This document shows positions 1-12,644 of a stretch of DNA of 64,000 bases, one piece after another. The notes under the pieces were generated by a model, which was not told the DNA's origin, searched no databases, and was given only the letters and a program-made list of their open reading frames with translations. Position numbers and translations under genes: made by a program. Source of the DNA: Psammoneis japonica (taxonomy: Eukaryota); NCBI GenBank assembly GCA_008632985.1, contig QPGO01000076.1, forward strand, positions 186,001-250,000. The letters run 5' to 3'. Numbering within the stretch: the first letter of the stretch is position 1; the number at the start of each line of letters is the position of its first letter.

Positions 1-382
1 AAGTGCCAAAGCAAGTGAACAAAATCAGTCTTCATTTCTGTGGGAAAACATCCCCACAGCAAGTTCACAGGCCACTCTCTGGATGCATTTGGCGAATCTA
101 CCTTCAAGAAAAGAAAAGCTATTCGAGAACGGCATCCAAAAGCCGGTGAGGAACCTATCCTACGGGGAATTGACAAGTGGCCTCCACCGTAATGTGCTAA
201 TTTATAGAATCTAGCTATTCGGTTGCTGCATGCAGCGTTTCCTGTTTCCTTCTGCCTTGAGGTATACATTTGTTGGTTCTCTAGCTTCACTCTTCAATTG
301 AAATCCCACCAGCATCCAATTGCGCCTGTCTTCTATTTGCATCATCCCCATTGTCGAGCTCATCTCCATACCTGGTAAATGA

Positions 383-883
383 TTAATCGCTGTCACCGTC
401 ACTGCTACTACTACTCTCACTTTTGTCATCGCGCTTTTTTCGTTTCTTCTTCTTTTTTCGGCTGCTCTCCTTTTTCCTCTTTTTCCTCTTGCGCTCTCGA
501 CGTTCCTCTTTATCCTCTTCATCACTACCACTACTGCTGTACTTTCGTTTTCGCTTCTTTCGTTTCTTGTCCTTCTTTTTTCGCTTCTTTTTCTTTTCAT
601 CGTCCTCGTCATCTTTTTTCGTCATGAGCGCAACAACCTGTCCACTCAGTCCTTGCGACGCCAATTCCAAGTGCTTTTCCGATACGCGCCTCTTCTTTTT
701 TGTTTTGGAATCTCGTTCTTGTTCTAATGAAGCACGATGAGCTTCCTCGTCTTGATTTGAAGTTGTTTTGGTGGAAGCAATCTTGTCGAGCTGTGATCCA
801 ATGACTCGATCAAAGGCGCGATCGAGCAGTGCTTGTTTCTGCAATTGACGCTGTAATTTCGCATCGCGTTCGCGGGGGTCCAT
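383..883 (-). CDS. Lys/Arg/Ser-rich low-complexity hypothetical (probably nuclear) protein, 166 aa
   Basis: ATG-initiated ORF with normal codon usage and poly-Lys/Arg and SSSGSD tracts; divergent from the RBR gene. Confidence 0.7.
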   Translation of the reverse strand: MDPRERDAKLQRQLQKQALLDRAFDRVIGSQLDKIASTKTTSNQDEEAHRASLEQERDSKTKKKRRVSEKHLELASQGLSGQVVALMTKKDDEDDEKKKKRKKKDKKRKKRKRKYSSSGSDEEDKEERRERKRKKRKKESSRKKKKKRKKRDDKSESSSSSDGDSD

Positions 884-2178
884 GTTGTATTATTTTATAG
901 AAAATGGTGCGGATGTAAGTGATGTGAATGCAATGGAGAGAGAATGCTTCAATAAGACTTGTGACGAGATGATAATTGCAGCAACAACGCACTGTATGGC
1001 AGATGATGGCACACAACAACAACGAAGGCCCCAAAACAAAAAAGAAACAAAAAAAATTGAGGGTGTCGCGCGGTTGTTTGTGTGCAAAGTGCATGGAGCG
1101 CGCCACACCCAACATAGACAGACCAACAAATCAATATTTTATCCAATGACAGATAATCTCGCGCACGTGTGCGCGGTTATTAGACTGTGTAGGTGTGTGT
1201 ACGTGTGTGAGGTGTAAGTAGAATATACGTAGGATTACTACTGAGTGAGTTGACATGCGGTGGATTTTCCGCCGGTACACAATCTACGTGGTCTACATGG
1301 AAGATAAATTTATGTCGGTCTCTGAGGCTTCAACATATCATTAAATTTTGTTTAGCCTTTCCAATATATATACCCCAATTCAAAAGTCTGACAGAACACC
1401 CCGAAAGAACTCTGGAATCTGTATAAAAAAAATTTCTATTTAACGGTCCGAACAGGGTCGCCCCGAAGCGCTTCTCAAAATATCCTCAGATTCTATACAA
1501 TAAAACATCTACTATGACCAAAACAGAGTCACTATCGGATAAATAGATCCGGTATTCTTCGCGCGCAAACAACACGAGAACGACCAACAACACCATGGCG
1601 AGCAAACGCGAGCGGCGTTCACTGATCTACAAGCTGGGAATACGAGATACTACTGAAGTGATTGGACAATATTTATGCACTGTATTCATGGGTCAAGTTG
1701 GGTTTCTTCTCACTGTTTGTTGTCGCGTCATTTTACAACGTTTTGACCCACGCCGTGTTTTTTGCTTTGTTGCTTCTGCTCGCAGCGTGCCACCAACAGC
1801 TTTTCCTGCAGGGTATGGCTAGTTGCGCATCACATCGAACCCAAACGTGCGCGACCAACTAGCCCTACCCCGGCTAACTCATATATATTGATTCGTTCCG
1901 ATCCGACGCACGACAGAAAAAAAAAAAAAAAAAGGCTCTTCGATCGAAATACACGCACAGCACACAACGACGCTGTTGTGACACAACATTCCCGACGGAA
2001 CGAACTTGTTGTGTGTTTGTTGCTCTTGTTGCTGCTGCTCTATAGCCTCTCAGTACAGTCTCGAAGGATACATAGCTACAAATCAGAAGCACAACGAAAC
2101 GATCGAAGCAACAACAACAGATACTCAATTTCCCTACAACATACCGCAACATACCGCTTTTTCTCAAGAATTTTTAGT

Positions 2179-3902
2179 ATGGAATATTCAGACGAAGACG
2201 ATTACGAATACGCCTATTCGGATGAAGACGACGACAATGTCAATGACAACGATGAGAAACAAAGTCAAGACGATGACGATGATGAATCGGAAATGGAATG
2301 GGAAGAGTCGCAACAACCCGAGGAAAATCCCAACGCGGCACCCTATTGCAAGCCCCGTGAGTTTTATGTGTGTTGGTACTGATTTCACGTAGAATTCTAC
2401 ACAAAAATCTCACTCGTGTTTTTCTAATTTTTAGGCTCTGGAATCACCATGCTTCCATCGGATCAACTAGTTCCCGAAATGAAGCGCCGTTTAAAAGACG
2501 TCATGGAGATTCTCGACGTACCCGAGTGTGCCGCTGTCGTGTTGCTACGAGAGCACAAGTGGTCTCAAGAAGTACTATTGGAACGGTGGTACAACAATCC
2601 CACCAAGCTTCAACAAGCCTGTGGTGTGCTGGGGAGGTGTAGTAGTAACAAAAAGTCGTCTCGAAAAAGCACAAATTTGTGTGAAATTTGTTATGAAGAC
2701 GATCAACCCATGTTGGGTATGCCGTGCGGACACGAGTTTTGTACGTCCTGTTGGAAGGACTTTTGTTCCGTCATGCTCCAGGAGGGACCCGCCTGCGTCC
2801 GTACGACGTGTCCGCAGGCGTCGTGCGTCGAAGTGGTGACCGAGGTGGAACTTCAAGCGGCATTGCCGGAAGCTCTTGGCAAATTTGAAAATTACCAATT
2901 GCGCTCCTTTGTCGAGTCCAATGCCTTGACACGGTGGTGTCCGGGACGTGGCTGTGAACAAGTGGCGTGTGCGGCCCATGCGAGTACGTTGGAAACGGAA
3001 AGCATTGCACACTGTACCAAGTGTGATACGGAGTTTTGCATTGTGTGTGGAGAAGAACCGCACGCGCCGTGTTCGTGCAAGGAATTGGCGGTGTGGAACG
3101 AAAAGTGCCGGAACGAATCGGAAACGGCCAATTGGATCTTGGCCAATACCAAGCCGTGTCCCAAGTGTTCTTCGCGTATCGAGAAGAATCAAGGATGCAA
3201 CCACATGACGTGTCAGCGTTGTCGACACGAATTCTGTTGGATCTGCAGTGGTGATTGGAAGGACCACGGTGCCAACACGGGCGGGTACTACAAGTGCAAC
3301 AAGTTTGATGCAGGAGGCAATGCCGACGATCAATCGGATGCGGCCCGGGCCAAGCGAGAGCTGGATCGGTATCTGCATTACTACAAGCGCTATCATGCGC
3401 ATGCCGAAGCGCAAGCCTTTGCCAAGAAGCAGTTGCGTGAAACGGAACAACGCATGGTGTTGTTGCAAGAATCCAATTCGGATGCCAAGTGGACCGATGT
3501 GGAATTTCTCAAGACGGCCAATGAGCAATTGGTGGAGTGTAGGCGTGTTTTGAAGTATACGTATACTTTTGCTTACTATTTGACGGATGATACCAAGAGT
3601 ATGCAAAAGGAACGCTTTGAGCATCATCAAGAAATGTTGGAACGATTCACGGAGAACTTGTCCGAGCTGTCGGAGAAACCGTTGGCCGAGATGGATCGAA
3701 CCGATGTTGTCAATCAAGTGAGTCATGTGGTTGTCTCTGCTGGTATTGTTCTTGTGTGTGTGCTTTGATTTGTACTCATTATTGTCATTTGTAACGATTG
3801 CGCTTGTAAATCACACAGACTCGAGTCGTGGACCGCTTCATGAAGAACATTCTCAAGTATGTCGAGGATGGCATGGAAGATACGCTTGGCGGGGGAGTAT
3901 AA
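2179..3902 (+). CDS. ARI: Ariadne-family RBR E3 ubiquitin ligase; exons 2179-2356, 2435-3717, 3819-3902
   Basis: Acidic N-terminus, RING1 (CEIC..CGHEFC..C), IBR (WCPGRGC..C..C..FC..C..EPH.PC), RING2 (KPCPKC..IEKNQGCNHMTC..C..EFCWIC) and Ariadne domain (YLHYYKRY); GT-AG introns join in frame. Confidence 0.93.
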
Positions 3903-4768
3903 GGCGATCCCAACCATTTGCAGTACAGTACGACAAAGGCCGAGGACGTGACGCGATGCGATGCGATTGGAGCAACGGAGCCTTGCTCCTGTGAAAGACT
4001 CGTACGGGCTTTTGACTACGCTACTTTACAGGCGTTTCACAAGAGACATGGGTAGGACATTGTTTCTTGGAGGAGCGTTATTTTAGCAATATAGCAATCA
4101 CGACATTTTAGTTACTAGGAGTACAAGTATAGCAAAAGGAGATGGTGCTGTCTTTTTAATAGAAGAGCTGGATAGAGTTAGATTGCGGCAAGGATTTGCC
4201 GGTCAAATAGCCGCGGCGTTGCAGTACAAGTATATACATACGTTGACACCAATCGCACCATGCCACAACAGTGGAAGCTATCGGCTTCCTGCTGGACTTG
4301 CAACGTCGAGGCTTTCCCAAATTCTACCCTGACGGCCCGTCCCGAGGAAAAGCGCGCATTTTGGCTGTGGCTAGTATACAACTAGACGAAGAGATTTTTC
4401 TTAAATCTTCGTCAATCGCAATCCCTTGCTACAGATGTAGAGAATCTCCACCTGGCTAGACACAGCATAAGCCACAAGATGGATCATAGTGTGGTGGGTG
4501 AAGCCATGAAATACAACAAAGAGGATGTGCGTGCACACAACGAATGATTGTTCTCTGTGAACACTCGTTTCTGAGAATGTAACCAGTGCACTTTCTCAGC
4601 CAACAATGCACACTACGACAGGAACAATCACGCCCGTCTATGCCACATGGGCCCCCAAGGCCTCACCTCTGGATGGAGGGAGCTGGAAGTTTTCTACAAT
4701 TGCCTTCTATCTCACAAATCCAAACCTCCATTTGTCTCTTGCAACTTCCACCAAAATCAATTAATCTC

Positions 4769-5345
4769 TCACATTGAAACAAACTTCCACTTTCTGCACA
4801 CGGAATCATCGTGTTCCTCAACCGCCGTGATCACAAACAAAGAACCAGGTCGAAAAAGAATTTCTGACTCACCCTTGAATTTGGATTGCTTTGTTACGTT
4901 CACACCCGATCGACTTTCAATCTTGAACAGTGCATTCTTGCTTGCACCAAATTTACAAGCAACATGCTCTTTCAGAGAGGCACTCACAAAAGCCGGGTCC
5001 ATGAAGTTGGCTCCAGGACGCAACGAACAGAAATGTGCTCTACCAATGTTTGCTTTCAATCTTGAACAGTGCATTCTTGCTTGCACCAAATTTACAAGCA
5101 ACATGCTCTTTCAGAGAGGCACTCACAAAAGCCGGGTCCATGAAGTTGGCTCCAGGATGCAACGAACAGAAATGCACTCTGCCAATGTTGGCACCCCAGT
5201 GGACTGCACCTTGAAACACTGGACAATTCCGCAACTTGCCCATTGCCTTGATGACAGCATCTACATGGGCTTTTACTTCCAAACTCAACTTTCCAGAGAG
5301 CAAAGCGGAACTCATCTGCTTGCAGCCACCACCTGTGTATCACGC
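4769..5345 (-). pseudogene. Decayed R-S-E class (ART/exoenzyme-like) ADP-ribosyltransferase domain
   Basis: Translation YTGGGCKQMSSALL..AMGKLRNCPVFQGAVHWG..FMDPAFVSASL..LFKIESRSG.NVTKQSKFKGESEILFRPGSLFVI matches ART motifs YT..Y..., VYRG, STS and ExE; frame broken by an internal duplication. Confidence 0.75.
4914..5189. repeat. 139-bp tandem duplication inside the ART pseudogene
   Basis: ctttcaatcttgaacagtgcattc...ccaatgtt begins at 4914 and again at 5053. Confidence 0.92.
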
Positions 5346-6695
5346 ATCACCTTCTTGTTGGTCTTGCAATTAAATTTCAGCTGTTTCTTGACAGTGTTCA
5401 TGAAAAGTGCAAGCACTTGCTTTCATGCCAACTTGACTGTTTTCTGCTCCATCAAGTGAGCCTTCAATTCCTCCACGGACCGATCCGTGTGAACGCGAGC
5501 TCAGCCAAAAGTGCAATTCCCAAATTTTTGAAAGCATCGTCTCCCTGCACAAGCTTCTTCACCAACATTGCATGCAACAATCTGTTGAGAGACACAAGGA
5601 GAAAACAAGTTTGTCAGTTTCTTTTGGGCAGACAGCTGGGCAAAACAAACAAAAAACATGAAGAACAGACAGGTCTCCAGACGTCCATCTCTGATGGTCT
5701 AAAAACAAAGGTTTGGGGCAATGCATCTGCTGAGCCACGAAAGTTTTGGCCGAAGCACAAGTGGCAGCAAGTCCTTTTTCAATCCAGTCCTGTCTCAAGG
5801 ATCCTGGATCAATTCTTGATTGACGTGCGAGAAGAACATGATGTTTGTGCAGGTGGGCCACACCCCCGATGAGCATCATGGGTGAATGCCCCCCTTGTCC
5901 CAATCCAACACTTTCTTTTCAGCAAGCACCAGCATTTGACCGCTGGCCCACTGCATCAGTGTCGAATGTTTGCACAGCCATTGTCTTCCCATGCAATCAC
6001 AGATGAAAGAGCAACCGGCCAGCTCTGACTTCCCTTCACAAAGCGCCTGTTGAATGAGAAGTGAGAACAAAAGTCGTGTTGTTTCCCTTGTTGATTGATG
6101 GGAGGTGAGCAATGAAAAGTGCCAGCAAGCATTGGGGCTGTTTTGTTTTTATGAGTGACACATTTGCCATCACAAGCGATTTGAGTTGATCAATTGGACT
6201 TGAATTGTCTGTCTGTCCTTGTCGGGTTCAGTGACCGCCGCACATCTCACATCTCACATCCACCATGACGAGACAACATGTGGCAGAGCTTTGCGAACAG
6301 TGATGCCAACAAGACTGCAAGAAACGAGACGACGAGAAAGAAACGAAACGTGATCAGTCACGCTGATAATCACATTGTATGGTGTGCTGGGACTTGCTAC
6401 CTAATTTTAGCATTTGACCGCCGCGGTCTCCGAGGTCGGCTTGGGAGATCTGAGATCTGGCAACAGCATTATCCGCCCAAGATTGAAGTTGGTTTTCCGG
6501 CTCTCTAATTTCGGATTTGTACTTATGCCAATGATGCTAAACGTATGACAAACAACATTATCTGGCTTGGGTGTTTTGGACATGGAAGGGTGCCTCTATA
6601 TGCTTGGTTAGACAACATCTATAAGTGAATACGTGTCGAACGTCAAGGAACCGTGGAATACGATACTATGTATCAGTCTCTGTGTAACTAAATCA

Positions 6696-7235
6696 TCAAA
6701 GCCCAAACAACAAACCTACCAAGACGGCGGTTGCAATTTCTCTCCAATATTGGCTCCGGAGATGGTTGCTAGCCTTACTGGGCGCGGACAAGGCCGGTTG
6801 CTGTAATGGTGTAGGAGGACTGGGTGTAGGATCACCAGGCGTAGGAGGACTGGGTGTGGGATCACGAGGCGTAGGACTTGGAGTCGGCGGATCACAACGT
6901 GATAGGAATGAGATGCCTATCGTTGATACACATTCACCTTCATTGCAAAGACGCAAGTCATCCATAGCGTCACTGCATCTGAAGTTCCTTCCACACGGGT
7001 GGGGCGTCCCTCCTATGGTGCCGCAAGGGTATCTATTCGCTAAGAATTCCCCATCTTTTACGCATTTGCTTTCGGTCCATGTGCTGCAACAAGAGTAGTA
7101 CGTCTCGGCGTTACATGAAGATGGGTCATTGATCTGATACGCTCTTCTGGTGCACGAAGACAACGAAGCGCTGTCTTCGCATGGAACGGAGTATGCCAGC
7201 GCTGGTAGAAGTAGGGCTGTGTAATGGAGCCTCAT
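6696..7235 (-). CDS. Secreted Cys-rich protein with Pro/Thr repeat linker and hydrophobic C-terminus (possible GPI anchor)
   Basis: Signal peptide MRLHYTALLLPALAYS, about 12 Cys, (D)PTPSP(P)TP x3, C-terminal IATAVLVGLLFGL. Confidence 0.75.
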   Translation of the reverse strand: MRLHYTALLLPALAYSVPCEDSASLSSCTRRAYQINDPSSCNAETYYSCCSTWTESKCVKDGEFLANRYPCGTIGGTPHPCGRNFRCSDAMDDLRLCNEGECVSTIGISFLSRCDPPTPSPTPRDPTPSPPTPGDPTPSPPTPLQQPALSAPSKASNHLRSQYWREIATAVLVGLLFGL

Positions 7236-7418
7236 CTCTCCTGCTGATGATGATGATGAGCTACTGCAGTATCTGACCTGCGAGTGGTCCCTGGAAAACA
7301 CGTTTCAAAACTTGTTAACAACGAATAATGAAAGCTTGCTTACAATACATCTCTCACTGCTATTGGCTGAGTCGAGTCAAGTGAACTTGCAAGGTCGTGT
7401 CGTGCATAAAAGAGCATA

Positions 7419-7554
7419 AGTGCTCCTCTCTAGCTACTGAAACATTTATATTAACAGAACGTGCATCAGAAGTTCATTCGTGCATGAGTGCTCCTCTCTA
7501 GCTACTGAAACATTTATATTAACAGAACGTGCATCAGAAGGTTCATTCGTGCAT
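7419..7554. repeat. 68-bp tandem duplication
   Basis: agtgctcctctctagctactgaaacatttatattaacagaacgtgcatcagaag(g)ttcattcgtgcat at 7419 and 7487. Confidence 0.92.
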
Positions 7555-7689
7555 CGGTGATAGAGCTACTTCCTTGGTAGGGCCTACGTCAGACTCTTCA
7601 GCACGTCGTCTGGAACACGCGCCGCATGCACCAGCATTTATCGTTTATCGTGATGGCTCGGCTGCGGGCTGCGGGCCCATTATTTTATG

Positions 7690-10600
7690 TCGCAGCCACA
7701 TGTGTGCGCAGACCAAAAAGATCTTGTGTTGGATGTTGCCAGTGTGCATCTGAGGGGATGGAAGGAGTTTCTTAAATCTCTGGCAGAAGCACATCAATCT
7801 GTCGTGACTGGGGCTTGGCACAATTGCAGGATGGGAACAAAAAAGAAGCTCTTTGAGCACGCATTGGATGAACTGCTCTTTGAAATTTGGCCACCGCATG
7901 GGCTGGCTTCCAATGACCCACAGCAAAATGAAAAGCCCTCATTGACAAGCTTGGTGAAGTCTTTGGTCAAAGACATGTTGTCACCAACAATCTTGGTTTT
8001 GTCTCATGCTGGGGGGGAATCTCAAGACGATGCTCTTCAAGACAAAACAAAAAGTCAAAGAGTGGCTCTGAGTCTGAGGCAAGTTTTTGTTTTCCATCAG
8101 TCTGGCCAGTGTTGTGATGCACTTGTCAGCATGTGCTTCAGAAGTGACTTGCTGTGCCTGTGTGGCAAGAAGTTTGTTGTGTTGGTGTGCATGGACAGCA
8201 GCTTCTTCTCATCATTTGTGTGTGTTTTGCATTGTGTGTTCCCTCCCTTGACATCTTGGACAAGACACTGCTGTCATCATCAGAAATGTGTGTCTTTTCC
8301 CAGTTGTTGTTTTCTGGACATGTTTTTGTTGATGCCACTGGTTTTGTGTTCATTGTCGAGGAAATGCTGATCACCCTCCAGGTGTTTGGTGGGTTGACAT
8401 GTCATCCACATGACTTTTTCCAGCATGTTTTCAGGCACCGTGTCACCTTTCCCACCCTTTTTGCGAGGGAAGCACTCCTCAATGGAGGGCTCTTTGCCAC
8501 CAGCTTGCAAGGGCATCACATTGTTTGCACACTTCTTCTTGTCAGAAGAGGTCTTGCCCATCTTGGGCACGCTGCTTGTCTTGGAATTTGAGGGCGCCAC
8601 ATGGTGCAGGAGATCTTGGTGTTTTTTGTTTTGCAAAAGTTGCTGAGGCAATGAAGGGCTGCTCAACCTGTCTTGCAAAGACATTTGCAATCACACCACA
8701 GTCCATGAGTTGGCACAAGCTGTCACACACAAGCCATTGTCCCTCTGTCTGTCTGTCATCCAGCACTTGCTCCATCTGACCATGACGCTGTTCACCTGCA
8801 TGCATCATGCTGACAATTCTGCTGGTGCACTGGCGCATGTGCATGTGATGGGTGTCATGTGCTGGGGCATGCCAGCACACATCATTTGTGCCAAGGCAGA
8901 CTTGTTGGAGAGAATGACTGTGCAAGAGTGCAAGAGGGCTGCAAATTGCAACAACAAGGGTGGGGGTGCAGGGATCCTCCCTTTCAAACGCATGGCACCT
9001 GCCCCTGTGAATGACCCAAAAACCCACCCATGAGTTTGAGACAGCAGTTGTCAAGCAACCCTTCTTGCCCCCAGCGACCCACTTGAGGGAAACCATTTTT
9101 CAAGTCCAGAAGTGCTGAAAACAAGTGTGGCTTTTGTTTGACATGTTGACATCGACTCCAGCAAAATTGTGCCATCAACCAAGGGCCAGAGTGTGTGAAA
9201 AAGCAGACAGAGCAACCTCAAGAGCACAGCAAGTCACATGCCCAGAGTTGCCATGCCAACATGACTTCTGCCCCCTCTCTTGTGCAGCAACCATTGCTTT
9301 GGTGTTGCACTCACATGTCACATGCTGACAATGACAAAAATCATTTCAAAATCAAGCATGGGTGCTGCGCTTCCAAGTGCTGCAGTGGCCGTGGCAATGG
9401 CAAAGCAAAAAATCAGCTGACGAGAAGGCAGCTGAAAAGATGGAGCTGAAGTGTTCAATGAGAAGGCTGCAAAATGGTTTGGCATCAGGTGCTGCTGCAA
9501 AAAGAAGAGTGAGCAAAAGCACAAGAACAGCATCCCAGGCAAGCTTGGCTGTTTCCTTGCTTGTTCTTGTTGGCATGACCACAATTCTTTGTTGATGCAG
9601 CATGAGCGTGCACCAAAAACCTTTGGCTCAATTGACCCCTGGCACATTGTTCTTTTCTGCAAGTGCAGACACTGCAAGAAAGGAGCTTGTTTGTGGGAGA
9701 CAATGACAAGGATGTGAAAGATGTGCACAGTGCTCCCATTGAATGCACCAGTGAGTGGAAGGATCCAGAGATTGCGTGCTTGCTTGTGCACAGCAGTGGC
9801 AAACATGCTCCATGAAATTCACAATGGCACAGCAAACTCCACTGTCATTGAGAGGGCTGCATGAGCAATCTGCCAGATGACCGATTCAAGGGCTGTGATG
9901 TGCATCATCTGCCTGAGGCACCCAAAGCTTTGCTGCAAAGGAACTCCCCTGTGCTCTGAGGAGGAGTGGAGCAATTGCCAGTGCACACAAAACAAGAAAG
10001 ATGGGGCAAAGAGCAAAAATGATAGACGCAAACAGCTCTTGCCTGAGAAAACACACACCTGCTCTGAAACCACCTCATCTTGAGCAACACAACACAAAGC
10101 CTCCAGTCATTTGTGACACAATGCTTGCTTTGCCACATCCATGTCTGCCTCTTCCTCCATCAAAATGTGCTCAGCAACACAGAGATGTCATCTGTCCAAC
10201 TTTCACAAAAATCTGGCCATTGTGATGGTGCTGGGTGTGTGCTCAGGTCTGTTGCTGAAACACAAAGAAAGCCAGATCCAAGCCCAGCTTGACTTGCATT
10301 GTGGGAGGAGGAAGAGTCACCTGACTTTTGCTTGCCTTGTCATTTGCAGATTTGTCTCCATGTGAGTGGCACAAAGGGTGGGCACCTGCCCCCAAGAGGA
10401 AAGAGCTGGCAAACATGCCAAAAGATGGGATGAGCAAAAACAAAGATTGAAAATTCAAAAGCAATGGGGGCAAAACTCTCCAGAAATGTCTCACGGAACA
10501 CACAGCTTTGGAAAGATGGCTTGCCTTTTCTGTGCATGGACAGGCATGCAACAATGGTGGATGCCATGAAGAGCACCCACCACAAGACCCTCAAGCACAC

Positions 10601-11690
10601 CAAACAATGCCAAATGGATGCATCATTGCCAAAGGACATGGGCGCCATTCACGTCAGTCCGGTGGAGCATGTCCCTTCAAAGTGGAGGTGTCCTGCCACA
10701 AGAGAGCAAAGAGGCAACTTGAGTCAGACAAATGCTCCTGCAGCTCTGTCACAAAAATTGATCAGACGACTCACCCATGATTTTGTTTTTCAAAAGTCAG
10801 TGGTTCCTTCACACAATCCAGGCACAGACGAGGATGTTGCTTTTTTGGTTGACCAGGTCAGGACTCATGAAGCAGTGGTGCAAGGCTGGAGCCTCCAACG
10901 CTGTGCTTGAAGATGTTCTTTCAAAACTTCTGATCAAACCAGCCTCTCTCAAGTTTGACGAGCCCAGAAAATGAAACTCAACAAAACTGCAAGTGTTGGT
11001 GAGTGTGCTGCTGTGCCTCCTGCTGCCAAAAAGGTGGGGTCTGATGGCAATGACCTTGAAGATGATGGAGGTGACAGAAAAGCTGGGCATTCTTGTCAAG
11101 ATTTGGGAGCAGTGCCATGAGCAAAGCCAGCCATCTAACAGAGGGAGCCAAAAAAAAAACCAACAACAGGCTTGACCAATTGTTGCTTTCTTCTAAAACT
11201 GCTGTGACTTTGATGTGGAGTGGATCTGGGGCTGAAAGTGGCCAACACTCCAACATGTGTCACTGAGCTCCCTTCTTACAAGGGAAAGGCCAAAACAAAC
11301 CCTGCACCAGGTTGGCTGGGTGTTGGTAAATTGTGTGTGTGGTGAGCATGACAGGTGACAAATGTTGAGCACTTTGCATGCAGAGTATGTCATGTCCACA
11401 ACTTCCTTTTCTTTTGCTGATGAGGACCTGCTGCAATGAGTGAATCAGTGGCAATGATGTTTTTGTCACAGCACCGCTGAGGCAAGTGAGCCCTTGGTGC
11501 ACAACAATTTGCACCACCAGCTGGCATGGTGCCTCCATTTTGTTCAGCTGCGTTGCTTCAATGCTGCAGCATGTTCTCGCAAAAGCTGTCTGCAGCTTGG
11601 TCGGACAGGCTCACTGCTTGTTTTGCTTCATCCTCCAGCTGAAGGATTCCATGCACATTCCTGCTTCTGCAACTTTGCAGATGATGAACT
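7690..11690. other. TpA-depleted tract 2 (decayed repeat/pseudogene DNA, family not identified)
   Basis: About 5 TA in 4 kb by eye; CpG also low; overlapping Tyr-free, Cys/His-rich ORFs in all frames. Confidence 0.9.
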
Positions 11691-12127
11691 GTACCATAAT
11701 GGCATGGGCACGAGAGCACGACCATTTCAACGTTAGAACTGCGCAATGGATTATTCAAAAAGCAGGAGCAATTGATCAACATTAGACACGATTCGCGCCG
11801 TGTAAGGACCGGTGGATTTTTTGGCGGATGCGATGTGAAACACCTTGTTCAACTGGATAGCACCAAAACAGTTCAGCAAGATACATAGACTTACATTGCT
11901 GTTACCAAGGATCAAGGAATTGGCGAAATGTCTGGGGAGAAAGAGATCCCTACTCCTAATCATCATTGTGTCAACGACGGACCGTTCAACACACAGGCTC
12001 CAGTTATCTCGGGCTGAACAAGGTGCCTAAAGGCACATACCTTTATGGCAAGGTGGACACGGTACGCGTCTACGACAGAGCTCTGGATCAAGAAGAACTT
12101 CGTTCCGAATTGTTTCGTAACTACTAG
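11630..12127 (+). pseudogene. Decayed LamG/concanavalin-like jelly-roll domain gene straddling the tract 2 border
   Basis: Fragments DSMHIPASATLQMMNCTIMAWAR, QDT*TYIAVTKDQG and LYGKVDTVRVYDRALDQEEL match LamG motifs (TIxAWV, W.hIAVT, G.IDEVRIY.RAL); stops and frameshifts present. Confidence 0.65.
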
Positions 12128-12644
12128 AGATCTCGAAATCTGCGAGAGTTTCGCAACGATTGAATTCTTCCACTCTAGTCTTCATGCTCTCCGGTTTTCT
12201 CATAAGAGCCTCATTCAGTGATATCCATTTTGAGTTTCAAAGCCGTAATCCCTGTCTGTACGATGGCAAATTGCATTCGTGCTTGTTGCACCGCAAAAAG
12301 AACGCGTGTTAGAACGCAGTTGGATCCTTGCCAGCTCTTCTTAGGACAATCAAAAGTGCGCATTTTTATCATATGGAATAGCTGGAAGTATGATTTTCTA
12401 AAGTGCGATTATTTTCTATCCATGTTGCAGAGAGAGGTGCTACCTGTAATCTTTTGGTGGACAGGACATGGCCCATCGTTTAGTGCGGATAATGCCCATA
12501 GGTCGTATGGACAACCCAGTGGGGGAAACCAGCCATATTCCGATCAACGCTCCACGCCAGTGCATTTTAATAGAAGAGCTCCAAATACATTACCGACGAC
12601 GATCTTTGTACTCGCATGATATGGAATAATGACTCGTGTACCAA

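Larger units (their letters stand above)
4500..6350. other. TpA-depleted tract 1 (partial 4.5-5.4 kb, near-complete 5.4-6.35 kb)
   Basis: Only about two TA dinucleotides seen between ~5400 and ~6350; TG/CA excess. Confidence 0.85.

Noticed and set aside
2575..3726. 383-aa antisense ORF
   Set aside because: Shadow of the RBR ligase coding strand.
7419..7554. CRISPR-like array
   Set aside because: Only two adjacent 68-bp copies with no spacers, in a eukaryotic context.
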